Of a stretch of DNA of 64,000 bases, positions 1 to 14,615 are shown piece by piece. The first letter of the stretch is position 1. Each line of letters opens with the position of its first letter. Origin of the DNA: the human T2T-CHM13v2.0 reference genome, Homo sapiens. The stretch lies in the NCBI RefSeq assembly GCF_009914755.1, contig NC_060947.1, one strand, 5' to 3'. The translations under genes and the position numbers were made by a program. The notes beneath the pieces are model-generated. The model saw nothing but the letters and a program-made list of their open reading frames with translations. It made no database searches and had not been told where the DNA came from.

Positions 1-267
1 TGTTTTATGCTCCCCACCCTCAGGAACCAACTCAGTGCAAGAGGACAGCTTCAACACCCTATGATTTCATCCCCAACCCAACCAATCAGGATTCCCCATT
101 TTCTAGCCCCCTGCCCACCAAACTTTGAATTTTCGGGCAGGATTATTTGAGTAATAATAAAACTCTGGTCTCTCAGCTAGCTCAACTATTTCTCTATTGC
201 AATTTCCCTTTCTTGGTTATCAGCTTTATCTGAGCAGTGGGGAAGGTAAGCCCATTGGGTGATTACA
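1..267 (+). mobile_element. LTR8-like ERV1 LTR, 3' part
   Basis: gacagcttc..ccctatgatttcatc, tttgagtaataataaaactc, ends cccattgggtgattaca. Confidence 0.8.
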
Positions 268-270
268 GTA

Positions 271-648
271 TGTATTGGTTCATTTTCATACTGCTATAAA
301 GAACTGCCTGAGACTAAGTAATTTATGAAGCAAAGAGGTTTAATTGACTCACAGTTCAGTATGGCTGGGGAAGCCTCAGGAAACTTACAATCATGGCAGG
401 AGGTGAAGGAGAAGCAAGGCACCTTCTTCACAAGGCAGTAGGAAGGAGAAGTGCTGAGCGAAGGGGGAAGAGCCCCTTATAAAACCATCAGATCTCGTAA
501 GAACTCACTCACTATCACAAGAACAGCATGGGGGAAACTGCCCCTATGATTCAATTACCTCCACCTGGTTTCACCCTTGACATGTGGGGATTATGGAGAT
601 TATAATTCAAGATATGATTCAGGTGAGGCACAAAGCCTAACCATATCA
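271..648 (-). mobile_element. THE1D-like MaLR solo LTR
   Basis: tgtattggttcattttcatactgctataaag ... gcctaaccatatca. Confidence 0.9.
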
Positions 649-699
649 CAACGTGACTGAGAAAATCTAATCATAAGACTTTTTGTTCATTATTTGGAG

Positions 700-972
700 G
701 AGAGGTGCCCTCATCTTTCATAAGAAAGCATGTAGACCTGGGGGCTGCTGTCTGACACCTCACTGCAATGAGAGTAGTCAGCCTGAGAATAAAGCCCACA
801 TGAGAGAAGGGAAGAGCCAAGAGAATTAAGAAAAACCTAGCTACAATCCTGGTAGTATCACACATCTCTGGATCCAACCAACCCTGCATCCCGTCCTAAC
901 TCTAAACCCATATATAATAATTACTTTTAAAATAATTTTGAATTGCACTTTTATGACTTGTAAACCAAAGAA
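700..972 (+). mobile_element. Old MLT1-type LTR fragment
   Basis: Degenerate gcctgagaataaagcc ... ctggatccaacc ... gacttgtaaacca. Confidence 0.45.
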
Positions 973-977
973 ACTAC

Positions 978-1103
978 CCTTCTCTTTGCGTCTCAGTCTT
1001 TCATTTGCTATTAATCTAACAGCATTTTAATGCCATTTCACGTATCTTTAGATAATATTAATAGAAAGACAACAGTATTTTCAAGAAACACAAATAGAAT
1101 CAC
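978..1103 (-). pseudogene. Possible terminal pseudo-exon (SDSICVS*KILLSFY*YYLKIREMALKCC*)
   Basis: Acceptor ttctataactgctaccag after a 94-nt intron, phase 1 compatible; several stops, lower boundary uncertain. Confidence 0.3.
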
Positions 1104-1197
1104 CTGGTAGCAGTTATAGAATATTAGAAAAATTTACTTGTTAACCTGAAAATTATAAAGTTAAATAATTAGAATATTATCTGATTACAAAACTTAC

Positions 1198-1237
1198 TTA
1201 TGGAATCATGCACCCAGAAAGTTGCCAAGTGAGATTC
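1198..1237 (-). pseudogene. Pseudo-exon, 40 nt (ESHLATFWVHDSI)
   Basis: Acceptor gttcttttcag, donor gtaagt, open frame; phase 0 start matches the phase 0 end of 16423-16483. Confidence 0.6.
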
Positions 1238-1409
1238 CTGAAAGAACTGCTATATCAGACACATACAATGATAGAGACATTGGATAATAGAATTGCAGAG
1301 ATTCAAAGACATGACACCTGAGCATCCTTGCTCTTTTTCCTTTGTTCCAGTAATATCTGGTCTTATTTCTTCTCTCGCACTTACCCCATTTAGTTGTTTT
1401 TCCTCCACT

Positions 1410-1530
1410 TATCTATGAGCTCCTCAAGGTAAAGTCCGTCATATTTTGCTTTATGTTTTCAACAGTGACCACAATATATTGCACATGGTAGACCCGTGGA
1501 AGTGTTTTTGAATGGTTAAATGAATGAAGG
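1410..1530 (+). mobile_element. L2 3' end fragment
   Basis: gagctcctcaagg ... gcacatggtag ... tgaatgaa. Confidence 0.55.
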
Positions 1531-2408
1531 TGCATTAACAGAGTAATGTGAACATTCAGAGAAGTGAGAACTCCCAAGTACTAGATTGAACCTAGAAAGC
1601 ATCCTATTTCTCATCATCACTCAGTACAGTGCTTATAAAAAAACTAGTTTGAGCAACCTATTTTGGAAAAGTTTTATAAACAAATATTTAATTGCTCACT
1701 AATAGGCCCAGGGGTTAAACATCTAAGAACTATATATTATTTTTAAAAGATAATTCTTGTTTCCTTTCAAAATACACTTATTTATATCATAGAAATAGAA
1801 ATACATAACAGACAATTTGAGAAACAAAAACAAGTCACTCATAATAAAATCACCCAAACATAGCCACTGATATTATGGAAATCATAGTGCACTTGTGCTT
1901 TTATAGGCTGTTTTTTTTTCTAATTTTATTTTGTATAATAAGCACTATTCTGTTTTGCAATATAGCCTACAAAACTGTGTTTTTAATAATTAAAAATAGT
2001 ATGTCCAGTGAATGTACAAAAAAAATTTATGTAGTGATACTCTATGTTGTTAAAGACTCAAATGCTTTCCAATTGGTCTTACTATAAATAATACTGTGAT
2101 GAACAACCTCATCCATATGATAGTTTGATAAATAATGCCATAGGTTGTACTGTCAGATTGAAAGTATTAAGCATTCTAGGATTCCAAATATACATAGTTC
2201 CAAAATATTTCTAATAATTTACAATGATGTCAGCAATGTATAAGTGCACCTGCTTTGCCACATTTCAGTAAAGCAAATAAACATTTTCAAATATATGCTA
2301 ATGTAATTGGTGAAAAGTAAAGACACTACATTATCATTTTAATTAACTTTTTTCTAGTAGAGTTATTTTTTCCATATATTTTCTCTTTACTGAATTATCT
2401 TTAGCTTT

Positions 2409-2826
2409 TGTAGCAGCCTTTGTTGACAGCCTGGAAATACCTTTTCACAGCTACTGCCTGTGCTGCTAACAACTCTTATTTATAACCCTAACTAGAAGAT
2501 TGTCTTTGAAAGATTGAAGCCAACTCCAGCAGAAGTGACTAAGTTGTGTCTTCCACCCAGATCAGCACTTAATTAGTGGAACAGGAGAACAAAACTCACT
2601 CCCTTGCCTCAAAAGATGATGGGGCCAAATGTGAGGTAAAATTTGCATTTCAGATTTCCCTGTGGGATCAGACTGAGGCTGGACTTCATCTGGAAAACAC
2701 ATCTTTGCATAGCCTCTTTTATTTCCCTATACTGCCTCCCTCAATTCCTTATAGGTATCCCCTAAAAGCAGTCCTTAAAAATAATCTCCCATTCCAGCAT
2801 ATGCTTTTAGGGAGCCCAACCTAAAT
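2409..2826 (+). mobile_element. LTR16-like ERVL LTR
   Basis: ctcccttgcctcaa, ccctgtgggatcagactgaggctggactt, ends gggagcccaacctaa. Confidence 0.6.
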
Positions 2827-3246
2827 ATATATACTTTACATATTTATGTAGTATGAGTTTAGTGTATATTTTTTAGGTCTTAATTTGTTTTTAATCTCCA
2901 TTCCAGAATTTGGTAAATAGAGTTTTGTTTTCATACAGTATTTTAATAGGAAAGCAGATCTATATGATTCTCTTAACACTTTTGGAATATAAATACTCTT
3001 TTTGTTTTTTTTTTGTTTAAAAATATGAGATTTAATATGGGAAAATACAAAGATTTTAGAAGGATTGGAGAGTCTCATTGTAAATTTGTTATTCCACCAC
3101 CACACACACACACACAAAAAAAAAAAAAAAACAACAATAAAAACTTTCTTACCCTGAAGCATTGTACAGCATAGTAAATAACATCTAGTCACTCATCTGT
3201 TCAGGCCAAAATCTTCAAAGTCATTCTTGCTGCCTTTCTGTAACAT

Positions 3247-5635
3247 TGTATTAGTCCATTCTCTCATTGCTATAAAAAATGAAACTGGGTAATTTATGAA
3301 GAAAAGAGGTTTAATTGGCTCACGGTTCTGCAGGCAGGAAGCATGGCTTGGAAGGCCCCCAAAAACTTACCATCATGGTGGAAGGTGAAGATGAAAGAGG
3401 TACATCATACATTGTCAAAGCAGGAGGAGGGGGTAGAACAGGGATATACTTCTTTAAACAGACAGATATTGTGAAAACTCACTCACTACAAAAAAAATAA
3501 ACAGCAAGGGGCATATCCACCCCCATGATCCAATCACCTCTCACTCAGCCCCTCCTTCAACATTATGATTAAAATTTGACATGAGATTTGGACAGGAACA
3601 CAGGCACAAACCCTATCATTCCACCCCTGGTTCTCCCCAAATCTCATGTCCTTCTCACATTTCAAAACACAATTATGCCTTCCCAACAGTCCCCCAAAGT
3701 CTTAACTTATTCCAGCATTAACTCAAATGTCCAAAGTCTAAAGTCTTAACTGAGACAAAGCAAGTCCCTTCAGCCTATGAGCCTCTAAAATCAAAAGCAA
3801 CTTAGCTACTTCCTAGATACAATGGGGGTACAGGCATTGGGTAAATACACCTATTCCAAAAGGGACAAATTGGCCAAAACAAAGGGGCTACAGGTTCCAT
3901 GCAAGTCTGAAACCCAGCAGGGCAATCATCAAATCTTAAAACTCCAAAATGATCTCCTTTAACTCCATGTCTCACATCCAGGACACACTAATTCAAGGCA
4001 TGGGCTCTCAAAGCCTTGGACATCTCCACTTCTGTGGCTCTTCAGGGTAAAGCCACTTTGGTTGGTTTCTTGGGCTGGCATTGAGTGTCTGTGGCTTTTT
4101 CAGGTGCACAGTGCAAGCTGTTGGCAGTTCTACCATTCTGAGGTCTGGAAGATGGTTGCCCTCTTCTCATAGCTCCACTAGGCAGTGCTCCAGTGGGGAC
4201 TCTATGTGTGGGCTCCAATCCCACATTTCCTCTTCACACTGCTCTAGTAGAGGTTCTCCATGAGGGCTCTGCCCCTTCAGCAGACTTCTGCCTGGACATC
4301 CAGGCATTTCTATACATCCTCTGAAATCTAGGCAGTGGCTTCCAAGCCTTAACTTTTGCCCTCTGTGCACCCACAGGTTTAACGTCACGTGAAAGCCATC
4401 AAGGCTTATGGCTTGCACCCTCTAAAGCAGTGGCTTGGATGTACCTGGAGCCCTTTGAGCCACAGCTGGAGCTGAAGGAACTGGGATAGAGGCAGCAGTG
4501 CCCCAAGGTTGTGCAATGCAGAAGAGCATTGGGCCTGGCCCACAAAACCAATGTTTCCTCTTAGGCCTTTGGGCCTAAGATGGCAGGGGCTGCCAGGAAG
4601 GTTTCTGAAGTTCCTTCAAGGTATTTTCCCCATTGTCTTTGCTATTATTATTCAGCTCCTCTTTACTTATGTAAATTTCCCTAGCAGGCTTAAATTATTC
4701 CCCAAAAAATGAATTTCCCTCTCTGACAATTTGTTCAAACTGCAAATTTTCCAAACTTTTATGTTGTACTTCCCTTTTAAATATATGTTCCAGTTTCAGA
4801 TCATTTCATTGCTAAGGCATATGAGCACATGTTGTTAGAAGCTGCCAGTCACTTCTTGAACACTTTGCAGCTTGGAAATTTCTTTTGCCAGATACTATAA
4901 ATCATCTCTGTCAACTTCAAAGTTCCACGGATACCTAGAGCAGGGGCACGATGCTTCCAGGCTCTTTGCTAAAGCATAGAAAGGATGACTTTTAGTCCAG
5001 TTCCCAATATAATCCTCGTCTTAATCTGAGACCACTTAAGCCTGGACTTGTTTGTCCATATCATTATCAGCATTTTGGTCACAACAATTTAATAAGTCTC
5101 AAGGAAGTTCCAAATTTTCCTCATTTTTCTATCTTCTTCTGAGCCCTCCAAACTGTTTCAACCTCTGCCCATTACTAGGTTCCAAAGTGGCCTCTGCATT
5201 TTCAGGTATCTTTATAGGAATGCCTGACTTTCTGCCTCTGATTTTCTGTATTGAGCAATGTGAGTCCATTCTTGCTTTGCTATAAGAAACTGAGACCAGG
5301 TAATTTATAAAGAAAAGAGATTTAATTGGCTCATGGTTCTTTAGGCTGTATAGGAAGCATGGCTCGGGATGCCTCAGGGAACTTAAAATCATGGCAGAAG
5401 GTGAAGATGAAGGAGACATGTCTTACATGGCCAAAGCGGGAGAAAGAGGGAGCAGGAGGAAGTGCTACAAACTTTTAAACAACCAGATCTCATGAGAACT
5501 CACTCACTGTCATGAGAACAGCAAGGAGAAAAGAGACTCCAATGATTCAATCATCTCCCACTAGGCCCCTCTACCAACTTTAGGATTACAAATCTACATG
5601 AGATTTGGGTGGAGACCTAGACCCAAACCATATCA
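3247..5635 (-). mobile_element. Full MSTA-type MaLR element (LTR 3247-3618, internal, LTR ~5247-5635)
   Basis: Two similar LTRs ending cc(a/c)tatca flank a MaLR internal sequence homologous to 57821-59322. Confidence 0.9.
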
Positions 5636-8600
5636 CACACCTAATATCAAATCCATCAGCCACTATTTCTAGCATCTGTTAACCATCTTTCTACCCTCTC
5701 GGCCCATGAGTTCAATTATTTTTATTTTTAAATCCCACAAATAAGTGAGAACATGAGATGATTTTCTTTCCATGCCTGTCTTACTCAACTTAACATAATT
5801 ATCTCTAGATCCATCCATGTTCTCACAAATGCCTGAATCTCATTTTTTATGCACCATTTTTTATAAGTTCCCCATTTTACTATCCATTAATCTTTTGATG
5901 GCACTTAGGTTGCTTCCAAATCTTGGCTATTGTGAACGGTACTGCAACAAACATGTGAATGCAGATATCTCTTTTACATATTGATTTTCCTTATTTTTGG
6001 ATGTATGCCCAGCAGTAAGATTGCTGGATCATATGGTAGCTCTATTTTTAGTTTTTTGTGGAACCTCCATGCTGTTTCTTTATAGTGGCTGTGGTAATTT
6101 ACATTCCAATCAACAGTGTATGAGGATTCTCTTTTCTCCACATCCTTGCCAGCATTTGTTACTGCCTGTCTTTTGAATATAAGCCATTTTACCTGGGGTG
6201 AAATGATACCTCATTGTAGTTTTCATTTGCATTTTTCTGATGATCAGTGATGGTGAGCACGTTTTCATATGCCTGCATGCCATTTGTATGTCTTCTTCTG
6301 AGAAATGTCTATTTAAATCTTTTACTCATTTTTGATTGAATTATTATATATTTTCCTATAAAGCTGTTTGAGTTCCTTTTATATATATGTATGTATATAT
6401 ACAGTATAAAACCAGTATATATATATACTGGTTATGAATCCATTGCCAGTTGGGGAGTTTGCAAATATTTTTTCCCTTTCTATGGGTTGTCTCTTCACTT
6501 TGTTGATTATTTCCTTTGCTATGCAGGAGCTTTTTAACTTGATGTCATCCAATTTGTCTACACTTGCTTTGGTTGCTGGTGTTTGTGGTGTATTACTCAG
6601 TAAATCTTTGCACAGACTAATGTGTTGGAGAATTTTTCCAAAGTTTTCTTGTAGTAGTTTCAAAGTTTGAGATCTTAAAGTATTTAATCTATTTTAATTT
6701 TATTTTTGTATACCATGAGAGATGGGGTTCAAGTTTCCTTCTTCTCCATATGGATGTCCAATTTTCCCAGCACATTTATTGAAGAGAGTATCTTTTCTCC
6801 AGCACATGGTCTTGGCACCTTTGTAAAAAATTAGTTTACTGCAGGTTTGTAGATTTGTTTCTGGGTTATCTATTCTGTTCCATTGATCTATGTGTCTGTT
6901 TTTATGCCAGTACCATTATGTTTTGGTTACTATAAGCTCTGTAGTATAATTTGAAATCAGGCAATTTGATTCCTCTAGTTTGTTGTTGATGTTGTTTTTT
7001 ACTTACTTAGCTGTGACTATTCTGAATATTTTGTGACTGCATATAAATTTTAGGATGGTGTTTTCTTTTTCTTGAAGAATGTATTTGGTATTTTGATAGG
7101 GGTTGCTTTAAATCTGTAGATGTTTTTGGATAGCATGGACATTTTAATAAAATTGATTCTTCCAATCCAGGAAAATGGAATATTTTTTCATGTCTTTGGT
7201 TTCCTATTCAATTTCTTTCATCGGTGTTTTATAGTTTTCATTATCATAGAGATCATTCACATATTTTGTTAATTCCTAGATATTTAATTTTATTTGTGAC
7301 TATTGTAATTGGGATTACGTTTTATTTTCTCTTTCACAATTTTTACCATTGGCATATAAAAATGCTACTAATTTTTGTACATTGATTTTGTATCCTGAAA
7401 CTTAACTGAATTTATTAGTTCTAATCATTGTTTTTGTGGAGTCTTTGGGTTTTTCCAAATATAAAATCATAACATCTGCAAACAAGAAAAAATTGACTTC
7501 ATCTTTTGCAATTTCGATGTCCTTTATATCTTTCTGTTGTCTGATTGCTCTAGCTAGGGGTTCCAGTACTATGTTTAATAACAAGGGTGAAAGTGGGCAT
7601 CCTTATTGTGTTTCCAATCTAAGAGGAAAGGCTTTCAGTTTTTCCCCATTCAGACTTAAACCATATCAATTTTGAAGGAAAGGCTTTCAATTTTCTCCTA
7701 CGCAGACCCAAACCATATCATTAGTTATGGTTACAGAAGCATAAGTATGGTTCTGTAATATATGACTTTTATTGTGTTGATGTATGTTCCTTCTATCCCC
7801 AGTTTTTTGAGAGTTTTTATCATGAAGAGATGCTAAATTTTATCAAATGCTTTTTCAGTATCAATGTTAATGCTAATACAGTTGTTGTCCATCTTTCTGT
7901 TCATATGATGTGTCACATTGATTGATTTGCTTGTGTTGAACCATCCTTGCATTCCAGGGATAAACTGGACTTGGTCATGATGAACTATCTTTTTAATGTA
8001 TTGTTGAATTTGATTTGCTAGCATTTTGTTGAAGATATTTGCATCAATATTCATCAGAGATATTGGCCTACAGTTTTCTTCTTTTATGTATCTTTGGTTT
8101 TTGTATCAGAGTAATACTGACCTCGTATAAGGAGTTTGGAAGTATTTCTTCCTCTATTTTTCAGAATCATTTGAGTAGAATTGGTATTATTTTCTAAATG
8201 TTTGGTAGAATTCGGTAGTGAAGCCATTGCGTTCCAAGCTTTTCTTTACTAAGAGACTTCTTATTATGGCTTCTATCTTGTATCATGTCATTGGGCTGCT
8301 TAGATTTTTTATTTCTTTATGGTTCAATCTGGGTAGGTTTTATGTGTCTAGGAATTAGTGCATTTCTTCTCGATTTCCCAATTCATTGGCATATAGTTGC
8401 TCATAGTAGCCACAAATTATCCTTTGAATTTCTGCAGTATCAGTTGTAATATCTTCTTTCTCATCTCTTATTTTATTTGAATCTTACCTTTTTGTCTTTG
8501 TCTGGCTAAAGGTTTGTCAATTTTGTTTAGCTTTTCCAAAAATCAGCTTCTTGTTTCATTCATGCTTTGTATTGTTTCCTTCATTTTAAATTCATTTATT

Positions 8601-9405
8601 TCTGCTTTGATCTTTATTATTTCCTTTCTTCCACTAATTTTGGGTTTGGTTTGGTTTGCTCTTGCTTTTCTAGTTTTTTAAGCTGCATCATTAGGTTATT
8701 TACTTAAAGTTTTTCTTCTTTTTTGATGTTTGCACTGATAGCTATGAACTGCCCTCCTAGTACTGCTTTTCCTGCATCCCATAAGGTTTGGTATGCTGTG
8801 TTTTCATTATCATTTGTTTCTAGAAATTTTTCTATTTTTTGCTTATTTTCTTCATTGACCCACTGGTCATTCAGGGACATCTTTTTAAATGTCCATTTAT
8901 TTGCCCAGTTTCTGAATTCTTCTTGGTATTAATTGCTAGTTTTATTTCATGTGGTCAGAGAAGATGCTTGATATTATTTTAATTTGTTTTGAAAGTTTTA
9001 AGACTTGCTTTGTGACCTAACATATGGTCTATTCTTCAGAATTATCTAAGTGCTGAGAAAAGAATGTATATTTTGCAGCTGTTAGATAAAACGTTTTGTA
9101 AATATGTATTCAATTTTGTAAATATTAATTGGTCTACAGTGCACGTTAAATCCAATGTTTCTTGGTTGACTTTCTGTTTGAAAGATCTGTCCAATACTGA
9201 AAGTGGGGCATTATGGTAATGAGGCCTATCTCTCACTTTAGCTCTAATAATATTTGCATTATGTATCTGGGTGCTCCATTGTTGGGTGCATATATATTTA
9301 CAATTGTTACATCTTCTTGCTGAATTGACCCCTTTTTCATTATATAGTGAGCTTCTTTGTCGCTGCTTATAGTTTTTGTCTTGAAATTTATTTTGAATTT
9401 TTACT

Positions 9406-9541
9406 ATTTTTTTATTTTTAGTAGAGACAGGGTTTCTCACCTTGTTGCCCAGGCATGTCTCAAACTTCTGAGCTCAGACAATCTGCCCGCCTTGGCCTCG
9501 CAAAGTGTTAGGATTACAGGTGTGAGCCACCACATCCAGCC
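9406..9541 (-). mobile_element. FLAM/Alu left monomer
   Basis: Single monomer, degenerate TSD ttgaaat.t.ttttg. Confidence 0.85.
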
Positions 9542-10307
9542 ATTGAAATCTGTTTTGTCTTATATAAGTAGAGTGACTCCTGCTCTTTTTCGTTTACATT
9601 TTCATGAGATATCTTTTTCCATCTCTTTAATTTCAATCTATGTGTGTATTTATAGGTGAAGCATCCTTCTTGTAGGCAAAGTATTAATTGGCCTTGTTTC
9701 ATAATTCATTCAGCCTGTCTATGTCTTTTGATTGGAGAGTTTATTTTATTTACCTTAAATGCTATTATTGGTAAGGACCAATTTCTGCCACTTTTTGTTT
9801 TCTGTTTGTTTCCTGGTCTTCTCTTCCTTCTTTCATTTCTGTCTTCCTTTTGGTAAAATGATTTTCTCTGGTGGTAAGATTTTGTTTCTTGAATTTTATT
9901 TTATTTTTGTATCTCTTGTATAGTTTTTGGTTTGAGGTTACCAGGAGACTTGCAAATACTATCTTATAACCCATTATTTTAACCTAATAAATAGTTCATA
10001 AAAACAAAAAAGCAAAAATAAAACTAACAAAATGACTACATCTTAACTTTGTCCACCCATTTTTTTAACTTTTTGTTGTTTCTATTTATAAATTATACAA
10101 ACTTCATGTTTGTATATTGAAAAGTTGTTGTAGTTATTATTTTTCATTGGTTCATTGTTTAGTTTTCTACTTAGCAAAAGAGTAATTAAAACACCACAAT
10201 TACTGTGTTATAATATTCTGTTTCTCTGTGTACTTACTATCATCAGAGAGTTTTGTACTTGCATGTGATTACTTATTGCTCATTAACATCCTTTTATTTT
10301 TTATTGA

Positions 10308-10634
<327 letters not shown>

Positions 10635-11322
10635 TCCCTTTACCATTTCTTTTAGGACAAGTCTAGTGTTGATGAAATCCCTCAGCTTTTGATTGTCTGA
10701 CAAAGTCTTTATTTCTCCTTCATGTTCAAAGGATATTTTCACCAGATATGTGATTCTAGGGTAGAAGTTTGTTTGTTTGTTTGTTTTTTCCCTTCGGCAC
10801 TTTACATAGGTCATTGCACTTTCTCCTAGCCTGTAAAGTTTCCAGTAAAAAGTCTGCTGTTAGACATTTTAAAGCTCCGTTGCTTGTTATTTGTAGTTTG
10901 TTTTTTCTCTTGTTGCTTTTAGCAAGAGCAAACTTTTGGAAGTTTGATTATTTAACATCCATTGTATGTTATTTCTTTTCTCTTGCTGCGTTTAAGATAT
11001 TTTCTCTATTCTTGAACTTCAGGGGTTTGGTTATTAAATGTCTTGATATAGTCTTTGTGCTAAATATGCTTGATGTTCTGTAACCTTCTTGCACTTCGAT
11101 ATTAATTTTTTCTAGATTTGGGAAGTTCTCTGCTGTATTCCTTTGAGTAAACTTTGTACTCTTACCTGTTTCTCTCTCTACCTCCTCTGTAAGAACAAGG
11201 ACTCTTAGATTTGCTCTTTTGAGGTCATTTTTTAGGTCCTACAGGCATGCTTCATTGATTTTTATTATTTTTTCTTTTCTCTCCTCTGTGTATTTTCAAA
11301 TAGCATGTCTTCAAGCTCACTA

Positions 11323-11844
<522 letters not shown>

Positions 11845-13187
11845 TCAAAGTTCACATATTAGTGTTTTTCCAGGATTAGTCCTTAGTGCCTTATTTCTTT
11901 CATATGATGAGGTCATGTTTTCCTGGGTTATCTTGATACTTATAGATCTTCATTTGTATCTGGACGTTGAAGACTTAGGTAATTGTAGTCTTCCCCGTCT
12001 GGGATTGTTTGTACTCATCCTTCTTGGGAAGGCTTTTCAGATATTAGGAAGGACTTGGGTGTTTTTATCTAAGCTGTATCTGCTTTAAGGTGTGCCCCAA
12101 GCCTATTAACACTGTAGTTCTTCCAGAATTTCAGAGGTATCCTCTTGATGGTCTTGGGCAAGATCTGAGACAATTCTCTGGATTACCAGGCAGAGACTCT
12201 TGTTCTCTTCTCTGTCTCTCAAGCAAATGGAGTCTCTCTCTTTTCTGAGCTACCTGAGGCTTGAGGTAGAGTGACACAAGCACCCCATGGCCACCACCAC
12301 TAAGACTGCACTGGGTCAGATCTGAAGCCAGCATAGCACTCTGTCTCATCAAAGGCCTCCTGTAACCACTCTACTGCCTATGTTTGTTCTAAGCCTTGGG
12401 ACTCTATAATCAGCAGTACACAAAGTCAGTAAGGTCTGTCTCTTTTCTTTCGGGACAGTGAGTTCCTCCAAGCTCTTGCTGGGTCCAGAGTTGCTGTTTA
12501 GGAGGCAACTCCTAACAGCAAGAGTAAAATACCTTAGAAGTCTACCTGGTATTCTATTGTACTGTGGCTGAGGTGGCACTCAAATCACAATATGCAGTCC
12601 TTTCCACTCTTCCCTACCCTTTCCAAAGGCAGAGGCACCTCACTCTGTGATCACTGCTACAACAGGCCCATGGGGAGTACGGCCAGACTACCATGAATAT
12701 TCCCTCAATGCCCAAGGGCTCTTCAGTCAGCTTGTGGTGGATGGTATCTGGCCTGGGACTTACCTTTCAGGGAAGTGGTCTCCCCTCTGGCCCAGGGAAT
12801 CTCCAGAAATTCCATCCAAGAGCCAAGTCCTGAAATTGCCAATCTCAAGGGTTCACTTGTTACTCTACCCTCCCCACGGCTGAGCTGATACTTGAAGTCA
12901 GCAAGTCTCAGAGTCCCACCCAAGGCCCTCAATGTCATACCTTTGTATCACTGCTGGTAATTCAAGGCCAAAAGCTCTTCAATAAGCAGATGATTAATCC
13001 TTCCAGGACTGTATTTTTTTTTTTTCTTCAAGGAAGCAAGTTCCCTTCTGGCCCAGGGTATGTCTAGAAATGTTAGTTGGGAGCCTGGAAAGAGGGCCTT
13101 ATGATTCTGACTGGTTTTCTATCCTGCTGTGCCTGAGTTGGTATCCATGATACAACATCCTCACCACTCTTCCCTCTCCTCTCCTCA

Positions 13188-14552
13188 GGTGGAAGGAAAA
13201 ATCACAGACTGGGAGAAAATATTTGGAAGATACATATCCGATAAAGAAATTGTATCCAAAATATACAATGAATTCGTAAAAGTCAATGATTGGAAAACAA
13301 CCCATTTAAAAATAGGAGAACCTTAAAGTCTTTCCTCTAAGACCTGAGAAAATAATTTTAAACCTCACAAAAGAAGATTTATAGATAGTAAATAAAGACA
13401 TAGAAAGATGCTTAACATTATTTTCTATTAGGAAAATGCAAATTACAAGAATGAGATATTACTAAACACCTGTTAAAATGACTAAAATACAAAATGTCTA
13501 ACTATACCGAGTTTTATCAAGGATGTGGAACAACAAGAACTCTCATTCATTCCTGGTAGGAATGCAAATGGTACAGCTACTTTGTAAGACAGTTTGGCAG
13601 TTTCTTCAAAATTAATCATAGCCTTACTATACCATTCAGCAATTAAACTCTTAGGTATTTACACAAGTGATTTGAAAATTTATGTCCATAGAAAACCCTG
13701 CATGTGAATGCTTATAGTTTTTATTCATGATCACTAAAAACTAGGAGCAACAAAGATGTCATCAATAGATGAGCAGATAAATAAACTTGTACATCCATAG
13801 TATATAATACTATTTTCATTGATTAAAAGGAAAAAGCTATTAATTCACTTGCCAATATGGATAAATTTTAAATGTCTCTTGCTAATTGAAAGAAGCCAGT
13901 ATGAGGAGGCTACATACTGCATGATTCCGTTTATATAACAATCTGGAAAATAATAAACAGTAAAGATGGTAAACAGATCAAGAATTGTCAAGGGTTTGAG
14001 AAAGGGAACAGGGGTCTAGATGACACACAGGAAATTTTTTTTTTTTTCAGGATGGTGAAACAGTTTCATATGGTACTCCAGTGGTGAATATATTACACTA
14101 CACCTTTGTCAAATCCACAGAACTTTACAACAGAAGAATAAACCTTTAAGTATGGAAATTTTAAAACATCAACTAGAAGGGAAGGGTATCCAAGAATAAA
14201 ATGTAGATTATGACAACAGAACCTAACTGTATTATAAATGTATAATATAACCTCACTGAAACAAGGAAGGGGATAGAGATGCTGACCTGAATAGTTTTGG
14301 AAATGAATAGAATCTATAAGACTAAAGACAAAGAAGTGATACATGAGCACTGTACTCTTATTATACCTATGTGGGTATAATAAAATTGAACAAATAAGAA
14401 AAATGATTCATGGATGGTGGAGACTAGGTTTTTTCACTGTGGGAGTTAGAGATTACAGATAAGCAAGGAGAGAGGCCAGAATGAACCTTTTAGTACTGAT
14501 TAGAGTTGGAGATATAAGTATCAATTCATTTTTATTTCAATATAAATACATT

Positions 14553-14615
<63 letters not shown>

